Translations under genes and position numbers: made by a program
DNA from: Eledone cirrhosa
Taxonomy: Eukaryota
Length of the DNA: 64,000 bases
NCBI GenBank assembly: GCA_964016885.1
Contig: OZ024743.1
Coordinates: 338,892,001-338,956,000 of the forward strand
Direction: 5' to 3'
Notes under the pieces: generated by a model
The model's input: only the letters and a program-made list of their open reading frames with translations
Told to the model about the DNA's origin: nothing
Databases searched by the model: none
Shown: in pieces, positions 52,292 to 64,000 of the stretch
Position numbering within the stretch: position 1 is the stretch's first letter
Layout of the letters: each line of letters begins with the position of its first letter

Positions 52292-52934
52292 TACCTATCT
52301 TCCGGCCTCTCTAGAGAATCGTAAAAGCACATATCGTTATATGCTTTTTCTATGAAAATTAGTAGTGGGCAGACTAATTTGCATAGAGTGTGAGTAAGTA
52401 CCGGTTCAACGGAGACGATAAAAACAAATAACGAAACGAAATTAAATTTTGTTTCGTTTGTAACTCACTTTTGTATGACTGACGCTTAAACAATTAAGTT
52501 AAAGATGTACATCCATATATGTATACTGAAATACTAGTATGTATATGAATACACACACGTATACATATGTAGATGTACCGGTTTGTCTGTGTGTTTACAT
52601 ACAGAATAGCTGGCCACTCACAGTAAAGTGACCAGTGAAAAAACTTGGTACATCTACATATGTATACGTGTGTGTATTCATATACATACTAGTATTTCAG
52701 TATACATATATGGATGTACATCTTTAACTTAATTGTTTAAGCGTCAGTCATACAAAAGTGAGTTACAAACGAAACGAAATTTAATTTCGTTTCGTTATTT
52801 GTTTTTATCGTCTCCGTTGAACCGGTATTTACTCACACTCTATGCAAATTAGTCTGCCCACTACTAATTTTCATAGAAAAAGCATATAACGATATGTGCT
52901 TTTACGATTCTCTAGAGAGGCCGGAAGATAGGTA

Positions 52935-52979
52935 AATATTGCTGATGAGTTGTAACAACAACGAAACTAGTTCAATATT
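52935..52979 (+). ncRNA. Type I hammerhead ribozyme (minimal, palindromic stem III)
   Basis: AATATTG-CTGATGA-GTTGT aaca ACAAC-GAAA-CTAG-TT-CAATATT. Stem I 7 bp, stem II 5 bp, palindromic AACTAGTT, GUU site. Confidence 0.87.
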
Positions 52980-53206
52980 CCTTGTCTGGCTTTCTGGAGA
53001 ATAGAGGAAAGGTGTTTCCTCAAAAACCAGTATGACTCTAAAAACCGGTTTGTCTGTGTGTTTACATACAGAATAGCTGGCCACTCACAGTAAAGTGACC
53101 AGTGAAAAAACTTGGTACATCTACATATGTATACGTGTGTGTATTCATATACATACTAGTATTTCAGTATACATATATGGATGTACATCTTTAACTTAAT
53201 TGTTTA

Positions 53207-56073
53207 TCATCATCATCATCATCATCACCGTTTTACGTCCGTTCTTCCACGCTAGCATGGGTTAGACGGGTTGTCCTGTTGTGGGCAGTGTCTGGTCGGC
53301 TGACCATGCCTTGCTCATACAGGAACTGATCTGGCTTGATTTCTACAGCTGGATGCCCTTCCTAACACCAACCTCATTTACAGTGAGTGCTGGGTGCTTT
53401 TTCGTGGCGCCTACACGTCCACTTTACAGTGTGGGCTGGGTGCTTTTTTGCCGTGGCACCTCCACGACCACCTTGCGGTGGGGGGGGGGGGGGGCATATT
53501 GTTTATATGCTTCAGCATGTACCCATGGGAGGTCGGGTACCCTGTATTACTGCGTGACGCCAGAAGTCACGGTCGTGTGTCATTGACTTTGAGAGGTGTA
53601 GTTGGGTAAGGTCGGCTTTTATCACCTCATCCCAAGTCATCTTGGGTCTCCCCACTCCGCGGTTTCCATCAACTTCTAGTGCTCTGCACCTTTTTATGCA
53701 GCTGTCATCCTTCATACGCATCACATGTCCATACCAGCGTAACCGCCTCTCCTGCACGCAGCATTTGATTCCTCTTATGCTCAGTCTCTCTCTCAATTCC
53801 TTTATGCTTTGTCGTTCACGTATATTACTGTTACACATCCATCGGAGCATGCAGGCTTCGTTTCTCTCTAATCTACGTAAGTCTTCCACCTTCAGCGCCC
53901 AGGTCTCACTACCATGCAACATCGCTGTTCGGATACACGCATCATACAGTCTGCCTTTCATTCTGAGGGAGAAGCCTTTTGCAGCTAGCAGTGGTAGTAG
54001 TTCCCTAAACTTCTTCCATCCCGTTCTTACCCTAGTTATTGTACTTTCTGAGCACCCACTTCCGTTGCTAATTCGGTCACCTAGGTAGCAGAAGCTGTCT
54101 ACTGTTTCTACAGGGCCCTCCCAGAGATTGGTGGTACTTGTTTCCTGTGGCTGTTTGCTTGCTGTTTCAGCACAGCTGCTGCATGTGAATCCTACATTCT
54201 TAATTAAGCTTCCTGAGATCCCGCTACATCTCTTGTGTACCCATTGTTTGCATTTGGGGCAAAGAATGGAGTTCCTACCTACACCTTTCCTACATACTGA
54301 GCAAGGCCATTTCCCTGAGGGGATCTGGGTTCTGTTTTCTCGTCTACTTATAAGGACCTTAGTCTTTGTCATGTTGACTTTGAGGCCCTTTCTCTCTAGT
54401 CCCTGCTTCCAGGTTTGGAATTTATTCTCTAGTTCTACCATAGATTCAGCTATGAGTGCGAGGTCATCAGCATACAGGAGTTCCCATGGGCATCCGGTCT
54501 TAAACTCCTCCGTTATTGCCTGCAGGACTATGATGAACAGGAGAGGGCTAAGAACAGAGCCCTGGTGGACCCCAACCTGTACGCTAAATTCCTCGCTATA
54601 CTCATTGCCAATCCTAACTTTGCTGACTGCTCCCCTATACATGGCTTGTACCGCTTTCACAAGCCATTCATCTACTCCTAGTTTTCTAAGAGCCCACCAG
54701 ATTACTGCACGTGGAACTCTGTCAAAGGCTTTCTCAAGGTCGACAAATGCCAAGTAGAGTGGCTTACTTTTAGCTAGGTATTTTTCCTGTAATTGCCTCA
54801 CAAGGAAGAGCGCATCAGTGGTGCCTTTCCCTGGAACAAACCCAAATTGCATCTCGTCTATATTCACCCGGTCCCTAATCAGCTGTGCTATAACTCTTTC
54901 TGTTACTTTCATGACCTGGTCCATCAACTTTATACCTCTATAGTTTCCTCTATCTAGTGCATCGCCTTTACCTTTGTAGCAGTTGACAATGATGCTACTG
55001 CACCAATCTTTTGGTATGGCCCCCTCTAGTATTACCTGGTTAACGATACGTGTGGTTATAGTGTGACCTACAGACCCAGATGCCTTCAGCATCTCGGCAG
55101 CTATACCCGATGGACCGGTTGCCTTCCCTATCTTCATATCTCTGATTGCCTTACTTACTACGCTGCCGCTGACTTGTACTGCTGGTCCCTCTATAGGGTC
55201 TACGTGGGGTAGGGTCTCTTCTTCCCATGCATTCTCCTCATTTAGTAATCTATCATAATGACTCTTCCATGCATCTTTCTTCTCAGCACTTGTGAGGGCA
55301 AGCTCACCTTTATCATTCCGGATACACTTCTCTCCAATGACATCACAACTATCTCTGACACACTGCCTCGCAATCTTGAATACCTCCTGTTTCTGGTCCT
55401 CACGTTGTAAAACATGCTTGAATTTTCTATCCTCTGCTTCCCTCCTAGCTAAGTATACTTGTCGCCTAGCTTCCCTCTTGGTCTCTATGTAATGTACCCT
55501 GCTCCCCCCGTTCTTCCATTCTTTCCATGCCTGTCTCTTGGCCTTGACTGCTTCATCTACCTTATTGTTCCACCACCAAGTCACTCTCCTCCTGCTTGAG
55601 GTCTTACTCCAGCCACAAACCTCATCCGTCGCCTCTAGTAAGTTATTTTTTAGGAACTCCCAGTTCTCTTCTACGTTAAATGTCTCTATCTGTTCTTCTT
55701 TACTGTCGTAGGCGTTGAGTAAAATATCTTTAAATCTGTTACTGGTTGAGGGGACTTTCAGCTTCCAGATCTTTCTTCTCCAGGTTGGCCTCTGTTTCAG
55801 GGCTCGTCTAGTTCTGACCGTGAGGTCGCTGACAACTAAGCTATGTTGGGATGTACATTCCTCACTAGGGAAGGCTTTTGTGTTTACGACCGTCCATCTG
55901 TCACGTCCTCTGATGAGGATAAAATCTAACTGACTAGAGTGCTCCCCTGATCTATAGGTGATCAGGTGGTTGTCGGGTTTTTTAAAGTTTGTGTTACATA
56001 TCGACATGTCATTGGCGTCGCAGAATTCTAGAAGTCTGAATCCTTCCTCATTCCTTGTGCCAACTCCATGGCC
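53207..56073 (-). mobile_element. RTE LINE, 5'-truncated, with an uninterrupted 831-aa ORF (53512-56007)
   Basis: APE C-terminal part (NTNFKK, SQLDFIL), full RT (DLEKAFD, GVHQGS, YADD), Cys/His finger, (GAT)n tail. Confidence 0.96.
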
Positions 56074-56772
56074 TTATATATATATATATATATATATGTA
56101 TATGTATTATATATGTATGTATGTATGTATGTATGTGTGTATGTATGTGTGTGTACATGAATATATATTTATATATATTTATATATTTTTATATATGTGT
56201 GTGTGTTTTTATGTGTGTATATGTGTTTGTGTGTGTGTTTATGGTTGCGCGTAAGTGTGTGAGTGAGTATGTGTTTTTTTGTTTTTTTGTTTTTTTGTTT
56301 TTTTGTGAATGTGTCTGTTGATTTTTGGCATATAGTTGATTAGTTTAAGAGAAGTTCGAAGATAATAGTAAGATATGCACTCAGTATTTTGAATCTGTCT
56401 GCAGAATTCTCTAGACCTTTGTCACTTAGTAGAACCTTAATGACTTTAGCTTTTAAAGAATCTCCCTTTTCTTTAATTCTATCGACCATGACTGACCCCC
56501 CACTGATTTTATAGACATCTGTTAGCTTAAGAGAAACTTATTGACAAGGAATGGTATGCCATCCGGAACCTGTTTAGAGAATTCTGTCTGCCTTTGTTAC
56601 TCTAAAAACATAAATAAATATAAATAAAAATAAAAATAAACTATAGCTTTGTAGAATTAGCTTTTAATGAATTCCCTTTTCTATCAACCAATGACCTGCA
56701 TCCATCCCACTCCCCACCCTCTCCTACCACTTGTAGAGACCTATAAATACCATATTTATTTTTTGATACCCG

Positions 56773-56821
56773 GATTCCTGATGATTTCTAATGAATGAAA
56801 CAGTTCTAGTCCTGTAGAATC
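56773..56821 (+). ncRNA. Type I hammerhead ribozyme in a pLTR-like fragment (~56325-56840)
   Basis: GATTC-CTGATGA-tTTC taat GAAt-GAAA-CAG ttctagtc CTG-TA-GAATC. GUA site, followed by (TA)n. Confidence 0.82.
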
Positions 56822-56845
56822 TCATCTATATTAAAACTATATATG

Positions 56846-56904
<59 letters not shown>

Positions 56905-56959
56905 GTATATTTATATATATATGTATATTTATATATATATGTATATTTATATATATATG

Positions 56960-56990
<31 letters not shown>

Positions 56991-57058
56991 GTATATTTAT
57001 ATATATATGTATATTTATATATATATATGTATATTTATATATATATATGTATATTTAT

Positions 57059-57226
57059 ATATTGTTATACTTTGGGAGGGTCATGTTGCCAATAAGAAAC
57101 ACACGCACCAGTTGTTTTCACTTCAATTTCTTATTGGCAACATGACCCTCCCAAAGTATAACAATATCGGTTTCAACACACGATTTCAGATAAAGAATCT
57201 TGCTAAACAAATTCAGAAACGAAATA
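57059..57226. mobile_element. Solo inverted pLTR fragment of the 28709-32854 Penelope family
   Basis: 41-bp arms atattgttatactttgggagggtcatgttgccaataagaaa at 57059-57099 / 57127-57167. Near-identical to 28711-28838. Confidence 0.9.
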
Positions 57227-57238
57227 TATTTATATATA

Positions 57239-59424
57239 TCATCATCATCATCATCATCATCAGCGTTTAACGTCCGTGTTCCACGCTTGCATGGGTTTGG
57301 ACGGGGGTAGTCCCACTTGAGGCAAGAGTGATTGTCTTGCTCGCATAGGACTGTCTGGCAGGTTTTCTACAGTTGGATGCCCTTCCTAACACCAACCACA
57401 TTTACAGTGTGGGTCTGGGAGGTTTTTACCGTGTTGCCTACACGGCCACATTACAGCGTGGACTGTGTGTTTTTTTGTCGTGACACCTACACGATCTCAT
57501 TTGTTTCGGCCTCGATGGCGCGGCACCAACATAACTTTACATAGAACGGGGTGGTGTGGATCGGGTGGGGGTGGTGGGACGGGGTGTATTTGTTAGAGAT
57601 GCCTACTGGCTGGAGTAGGTTTTACTATATATTTAGGTACGGCGGGTCTTCTCTGTTACTGAGTACCGCCAAAGGTCTCGGTCCAGTGACATTGTCTTGG
57701 AGAGGTGTAAGTGTGTGATGTCGGAGTTTATCAGCTCGTCCCAGGTTTTTCTAGGTCTGCCTATTCCGTGACTACCGTCTATCTTTATTGCCCTGCACTT
57801 TGTTATACAGCTATCGACTTTCATGCGCATCACGTGTCCATACCAACGTAGCCTTCTCTCGAGTAAACAACATCTGATCCCTCTTATCTCTAATTTATTC
57901 CTTAGTTCGTTTATGCTTTGCCGTTCACGTATATTACTGTTACACATCCAGCGGAGCATGCAAGCTTCGTTCCTCTCTAGTCTGCGTATATCCTCTGCAC
58001 ACAATGCCCAGGTCTCACTGCCATGCAGCATTGCTGTTCGTATGCAGGCATCGTACAACCTGCCTTTCATTTTTAGTGAGAACCCTTTAGCAGCTAATAG
58101 TGGTATAAGCTCTCTGAACTTTTTCCAACCAGTTCTGACTCTAGCTACAGTACTTTCAGAGCACCCTCCTCCACTGCTGATTTTATCGCCCAGGTAACGG
58201 AAGCTGTCCACTATTTCTATAGAACCCTCTGCGCAATTGAAAGAGCTAGTAGTTTGTGGGCACTTGCTGCTACTTATTGCACCAGAGCACCGGCCACATG
58301 TAGAATCTATGTTCTTAGTTAGCCTACCTGTGATCCCACTACATCTTTTATGCACCCATACTTTGCATTTAGGACATAAAATGGAGTTTCTACCTACGCC
58401 TTTCCTACACACCGAGCACGACCATTTCCCAGAAGGGACCGCCGCCTTGTTTTCTTTCCTACAAACTAGTACTTTGGTCTTAGCCAGGTTAATTTTAAGT
58501 CCTTTTGACTCTAGGCCGTGCTTCCATGTTTGGAATTTCTTCTCTAGCTCGGCCATTGATTCCGCTATGAGTGTCAGGTCGTCTGCGTATAGGAGTTCCC
58601 ATGGGCAGCCTGTCTTGAACTCCTCTGTTATGGCCTGAAGGGCAATAATAAATAGTAGTGGACTGAGAACAGAGCCCTGATGGACGCCGACTTTTACGCT
58701 AAACTCTTCACTATATTCGTTGTTAATTCTAACCTTGCTGACTGTTTCTTTATACATGGCTTGTATAGCCCTCACAAGCCATTCGTCAACGCCTAGTTTT
58801 CTAAGAGCCCACCAGATAATGGAGCGGGGGACTCTGTCGAAGGCTTTCTCCAAGTCGACAAAAGCTAAGTAGAGGGGTTTACCTTTAGCTAGGTACTTCT
58901 CTTGTAGTTGTCGTACTATGAAAAGAGCGTCTGTGGTACTTTTGCCTGACACAAACCCGAACTGCATTTCATCTAGGTCAATTCTCTCTCTGATTAGCTG
59001 CGCTATTACTCTTTCCGTGACCTTCATGACCTGGTCGATTAATTTAATGCCTCTATAGTTACTCCTATCTAGGGCGTCTCCTTTACCCTTATAACAGTTA
59101 ATGATGATGCTGCTATGCCAGTCCTTCGGAACAACCCCGTTTTGTACGACTTGGTTAACTATGCGGGTGACCATGGTGTGTCCCACCGTGCCAGATGCCT
59201 TCAGCATCTCAGCAACTATTTCCGAAGGCCCAGCCGCCTTACCAGTCTTCATATCCTTGATTGCCTTACTTATTATACTCCCCTCGACTAACACTGCTGG
59301 TCCCTCTATTGGGTCGATATGGGGGAGACTGCCTTTCTCCCAATTATTCTCCTCATTTAGAAGCCTTTCATAGTGACACTTCCAAGCTACCTTCTTATCA
59401 GCGTCGGTGATGGCAAGTGTGCCA
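57239..59424 (-). mobile_element. RTE LINE, 5'-truncated, open ORF
   Basis: About 600 aa of RT ORF, nearly identical to 47342-49650. The 5' end abuts (TA)n. Confidence 0.95.
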
Positions 59425-59428
59425 TATG

Positions 59429-59473
<45 letters not shown>

Positions 59474-59522
59474 GTATATATATATATGTATATATATATA
59501 TGTATATATATATATGTATATT

Positions 59523-59564
<42 letters not shown>

Positions 59565-59568
59565 CATG

Positions 59569-59601
<33 letters not shown>

Positions 59602-59603
<2 letters not shown>

Positions 59604-59898
59604 CATCATCATCATCATCATCAGGTTTAGCGTCCGTGTTCCACGCTTGCATGGGTTTGGACGGGGGTTTTCCCACTTGAAGCAAGAGTGGTTGTCTTGC
59701 TCGCATACGACTGTCTGGCGGGTTTTCTACAGCTGGATGCCCTTCCTAACACCAACCACATTTACAGTGTCGGGCTGGGAGGTTTTTACCGTGTTGCCTA
59801 CACAGCCACATTACAGCGTGGACTGTCTGGCGGGTTTTCTACAGCTGGATGCCCTTCCTATATATATATGTATATATATATATATGTATATATATATG

Positions 59899-59943
<45 letters not shown>

Positions 59944-59966
59944 GTATATATATATGTATATATATG

Positions 59967-60053
<87 letters not shown>

Positions 60054-60084
60054 GTATATATGTATATATATATATATGTATATG

Positions 60085-60115
<31 letters not shown>

Positions 60116-60140
60116 GTATATATGTATATATATATATATG

Positions 60141-60207
<67 letters not shown>

Positions 60208-61331
60208 GTATATATACATATAGAACGGGGTGTATTTTGTTAGAGATGCCTACTGGCTGTAGTAGGTTTTACTATGTATTTAGGTAAGGCGGGTCTTCTC
60301 TGTTACTCAGTACCGCCAAAGGTCTCGGTCCAGTGACATTGTCTTGGAGAGGTGTGTGTGAGGTCGGAGTTTATCAGCGCGTCCCAGGTTTTTCTAGGTC
60401 TGCCTATTCCGTGGCTACCGTCTATCTTTATTGCCCTGCACTTTGTTATACAGATATCGACTTTCATGCGCATCACATGTCCATACCAACGTAGCCTTCT
60501 CTCGAGTAAACAACATCTGATCCCTCTTTTTCTAATTTTTTCCTTAGTTCGTTTATGCTTTGCCGTTCACGTATATTACTGTTACACATCCAGCGGAGCA
60601 TGCAAGCTTCGTTCCTCTCTAGTCTGCGTATATCCTCTGCATACAATGCCCAGGTCTCACTGCCATGCAACGTTGCTGTTCGTATGCAGGCATCATACAA
60701 CCTGCCTTTCATTTTTAGGGAGAACCCTTTAGCAGCTAATAGTGGTATAAGCTCTCTGAACTTTTTCCAACCAGTTCTGACTCTAGCTACTGTACTTTCA
60801 GAGCACCCTCCCCCACTGCTGATTTTATCGCCCAGGTAACGGAAGCTGTCCACTATTTCTATAGAACCCTCTGCGCAATTGAAAGAGCTAGTATTTTGTT
60901 GGCACTTGCTGCTACTTATTGCACCAGAGCACCGGCCACATGTAAAATCTATGTTCTTAGTTAGCTTACCTGTGATCCCACTACATCTTTTATGCACCCA
61001 TACTTTGCATTTGGGACATAAAATGGAGTTTCTACCTACGCCTTTCCTACACACTGAGCATGGCCATTTCCCAGAAGGGACCGCCGCCTTATTTTCTTTC
61101 CTACAAACTAGAACTTTAGTCTTAGCCAGGTTAATTTTAAGTCCTTTTGATTCTAGGCCGTGCTTCCATGTTTGGAATTTCTTCTCTAGCTCGGCCATTG
61201 ATTCAGCTATGAGTGTCAGGTCGTCTGCGTATAGGAGTTCCCATGGGCAGCCGGTTTTGAACTCCTCTGTTATAGCCTGAAGGGCAATAATAAATAGTAG
61301 GGGGCTGAGAACAGAGCCCTGATGGACGCCA
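59602..61331 (-). mobile_element. RTE LINE, 5'-truncated, 3' UTR interrupted by (TA)n at 59858-60220
   Basis: [10 protein letters not shown]...LYADD...MLHGSETW-type motifs and a (GAT)n tail. Confidence 0.93.
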
Positions 61332-61405
<74 letters not shown>

Positions 61406-61424
61406 GTATATATATATATATGTC

Positions 61425-61484
<60 letters not shown>

Positions 61485-61510
61485 TATATATATATATATG
61501 TATATATATA

Positions 61511-64000
61511 GTTATACTTGGGGAGGGTTATATTTGTGTAATATTGCCAGAATTAATAACAGAACACACTCACTGTTTGGTTGGTTTTCGCTTCTCGCTG
61601 TCTTTTATATCTGCGATCTAACTTAATCGGTCCTCAATGTTGCCATTGACTGACCGACGGTCAAAAATAATACAGATACAATATAGACACAAACACATAT
61701 ATATAGTTTACATAATTTACATAAATCTTTCGTTGCACATCTGCAACATCGTCAGTGGTGTTATATTTTTTCCTCCTGTTGTGTTGTATGTCTACGCCAT
61801 TTTTAATTCAGTCTGTCTATATATTTATTTTTTTATTTGCTTGTTTGTTTATTTTATTTTGTCTTCTTTGCGCATGCGTTTGCGTGTGTGTATAGTGTTA
61901 CGTTTGCTGTGTGACTAGTGTGTATAGTGTTGTGTCTGCTGGGTGGCTAGTGTGTGGTTATGTGCTTGTTGTTATTGTGCTTGTGTATGTATTTATTTAT
62001 CTTATTTTATTTTATTTTATTTACTTATTTATACTTCTCTTAGGTCAGTGTTGTTTGTTTGGGTGTTGTTGTTGTTCCACTCATTCTTTCTGTTTAGCTT
62101 TGGTCTTCTAATTTCTATTTCACTGGCCTCTCTGATTTGCCTATCTGCTGGGTCATTCCTATGTTTAGATATTATTCTAATTTCTATGTTGTCTATTTTA
62201 CTGTCATGTTGTTGTCTAGCATGTTCGTATAGTACTGACCCGTTTTTTCGTCCTTTTAGTTCCCCGCAGTGTTGGTCTAACCTTTCACCTATGCTACGAG
62301 CTGTTTCGCCTATGTATGTTGTTGTCATGTTTCTGCAAGTACCCTCTGTACATCTTATGCTATAGACTACGTTTCTAGTTTTACAGTTTATCCGGGGATT
62401 CACCTTACATATGATATCTCTGGTTGTCGTACCATGATGTGGCCTTCCCTATCTTATGTCTAGCCCTATCTAAGCTATTCCATGATTTGCTCCTGTATAA
62501 TGGGCAAATTTCTTTCATGTCCAGTTCTATGAGGGTCTTATACTTTTCCATGGCTCCTTCGTATACTCTGACTCTGTCTCTTTGGTTGTAGCCAGAGAAC
62601 TGCATGCGGTTGATGAAGTGTTGGATGTGTCTTTCCATTTCTGTTGGGTCGCACATGCTGGACACATTCTTCATCACTCGTACCAAATCTGCGATCAGAA
62701 TATTAAACTTAGGACTACTGGACATTGCTGAGTTTTTGAGTATCAGGTATTTGGAGGCCATGGGTTTAGCATAGTGTGAGTGGAGAATTTGGGCTCTCTC
62801 GTCTATAGTGTTAATCCAGAGTTCTGCGTCTAATACAGGTAGTCTATTGTTAGGGTGTTTGGAAGGGAAGTCGATAGTTACAGTTATACTCTGGTGTATG
62901 GAATTAGCTATCTGCTGGATGCTTTCCATCGTGCTACGTTCTAATTCAAACTTGTTAGTGCTCTCTAGTGGGGGTGTTCTTATAACTATATTGATATCGT
63001 CTACATAACGAGAGTACATGATGAGGTCTATGGAGCTTTCATTAAGGAGATCTTTAAGTCTCCTTTCCCACCATACCATGAAAAGGTTGGCAACATCACC
63101 AGCTATGCTGACGCCGATGGCTGCTCCCTCATTTTGGGTGTAGATTTTCTCATTGAACTTAAATATGTGGCCCTTTAGGGTAGTTTTGATACTAGCCCCT
63201 ATTGCATGTGCGACCATTTTTCTTACCTGATTGTTTTGGGGGGTCCGTATAGCTTTGGTCCACCCAATCCACCTTCCCATGGGAGTCTTTTTTGCCATTG
63301 AGGTTATGGTGGGGGGTCTACCTCTTATAGGTCTACTAGGGCAGAAACATCTAAGGTCATGGCTGTCTAGGTAGTCAGTGTCGTAGGTAAGTCTAAGTAG
63401 GAGGCCCAGTTCGTCTGTGTCGACGTCGCAGAACTCCACCTCACTCTCGATGATCATCTCCACACATCTTTTCACAGCAAAATCAATGTTAATGGATGGG
63501 TACAGTGACACCACATCCATGCTGCCTATTATGCAGTTGGATAGGCTCCTGTTTTTGTTGCACTCACTGATTCTGCTGAGGAGGTCCTCTGTACTTTCAC
63601 ATACATCTGGGGACATCTTGATTATGGGGCGTATAACCATCGAGAGGAAGTAGGAGATCCTGTAGTTGCTAGCTATATTAGCTCCGCATACGGGTCTTGT
63701 TGGTATTCCTGTTGTCGGGTCGTCAACTGTCTTGTGGTCTTTGCGGAGCCCATACAAGGGTGGTATGCCATTGTTAGACGCCTGGAAGTTGTTGGCAGTG
63801 CGTCTGCTTGGCTTTAGGATGTCAGTCCACATCATCATGTGAGCGTTGAGGATTCTTTCTCTCCCATCGTGTGTTTGTTGTGCAACTTCGCTCGTGTTGG
63901 TGATGTGGGGTTGCATAGCCTCGATGCAGTTCGGCATGCTATCTATTGACATCCTACCAGACTTATCTGTGGGTAGACACACTACCTCACCATCCCTTGT
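61511..64000 (-). mobile_element. Penelope-like element, diverged relative of 28709-32854, runs off the window
   Basis: ORFs 62405-63982 (TDKSGR, RPVCGA, SMDVVSLYPSI, RYVDD, KPMAS) and 62029-62403 (VVY..C..YIGETARS). pLTR ends in ..accctcccaagtataac next to (TA)n. Confidence 0.93.
61719..61760 (-). ncRNA. pLTR hammerhead motif, core intact, stems I/III eroded
   Basis: Minus strand cca-CTGACGAt-GTTGCA gatg TGCAAC-GAAA-gatt-TA-tg. Confidence 0.68.

Larger units (their letters stand above)
51951..53206. mobile_element. Retrozyme/pLTR-like 467-bp unit, tandemly repeated and folded back
   Basis: Direct repeat period 467 (51951/52418). Inverted arms 52020-52579 and 52647-53206. One hammerhead per unit and no credible ORF. 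Confidence 0.85.

Noticed and set aside
52142-53084. Two identical 60-aa ORFs on opposite strands
   Set aside because: A by-product of the inverted repeat. They start at GTG and show no recognisable motif.

Overview
AT-rich, repeat-dense animal genomic DNA. The SINE/RTE families and huge (TA)n/(TG)n arrays suggest a coleoid cephalopod, probably an octopus (inference). The only host gene I can support is the 5' part of SGT1/SUGT1, an Hsp90 co-chaperone, on the + strand. It has nine coding exons from 22005 to 39506 that splice in frame into 192 codons (TPR domain, linker, start of the CS domain). A perfect heat-shock element sits just upstream of the ATG, and the gene continues past the window. 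Everything else is transposable elements: a Ty3/Gypsy element nested in a hAT MITE, an 8.2-kb nested hAT composite containing a PHD-finger CRE-like non-LTR element, a CR1 LINE, three Penelope-like elements (PLEs), six antisense RTE LINEs, SINEs, piggyBac-type MITEs and minisatellites. The most notable non-annotated signal is about ten type I hammerhead-ribozyme (HHR) motifs, five with intact cores. Two of them lie in a 467-bp non-coding, retrozyme-like unit that is both tandemly repeated and folded back into a ~560-bp near-perfect inverted repeat inside the SGT1 intron. A second notable signal is an array of duplicated, stop-codon-containing 3' splice sites just upstream of SGT1 exon 9. No databases were searched; family names come from recognised motifs.
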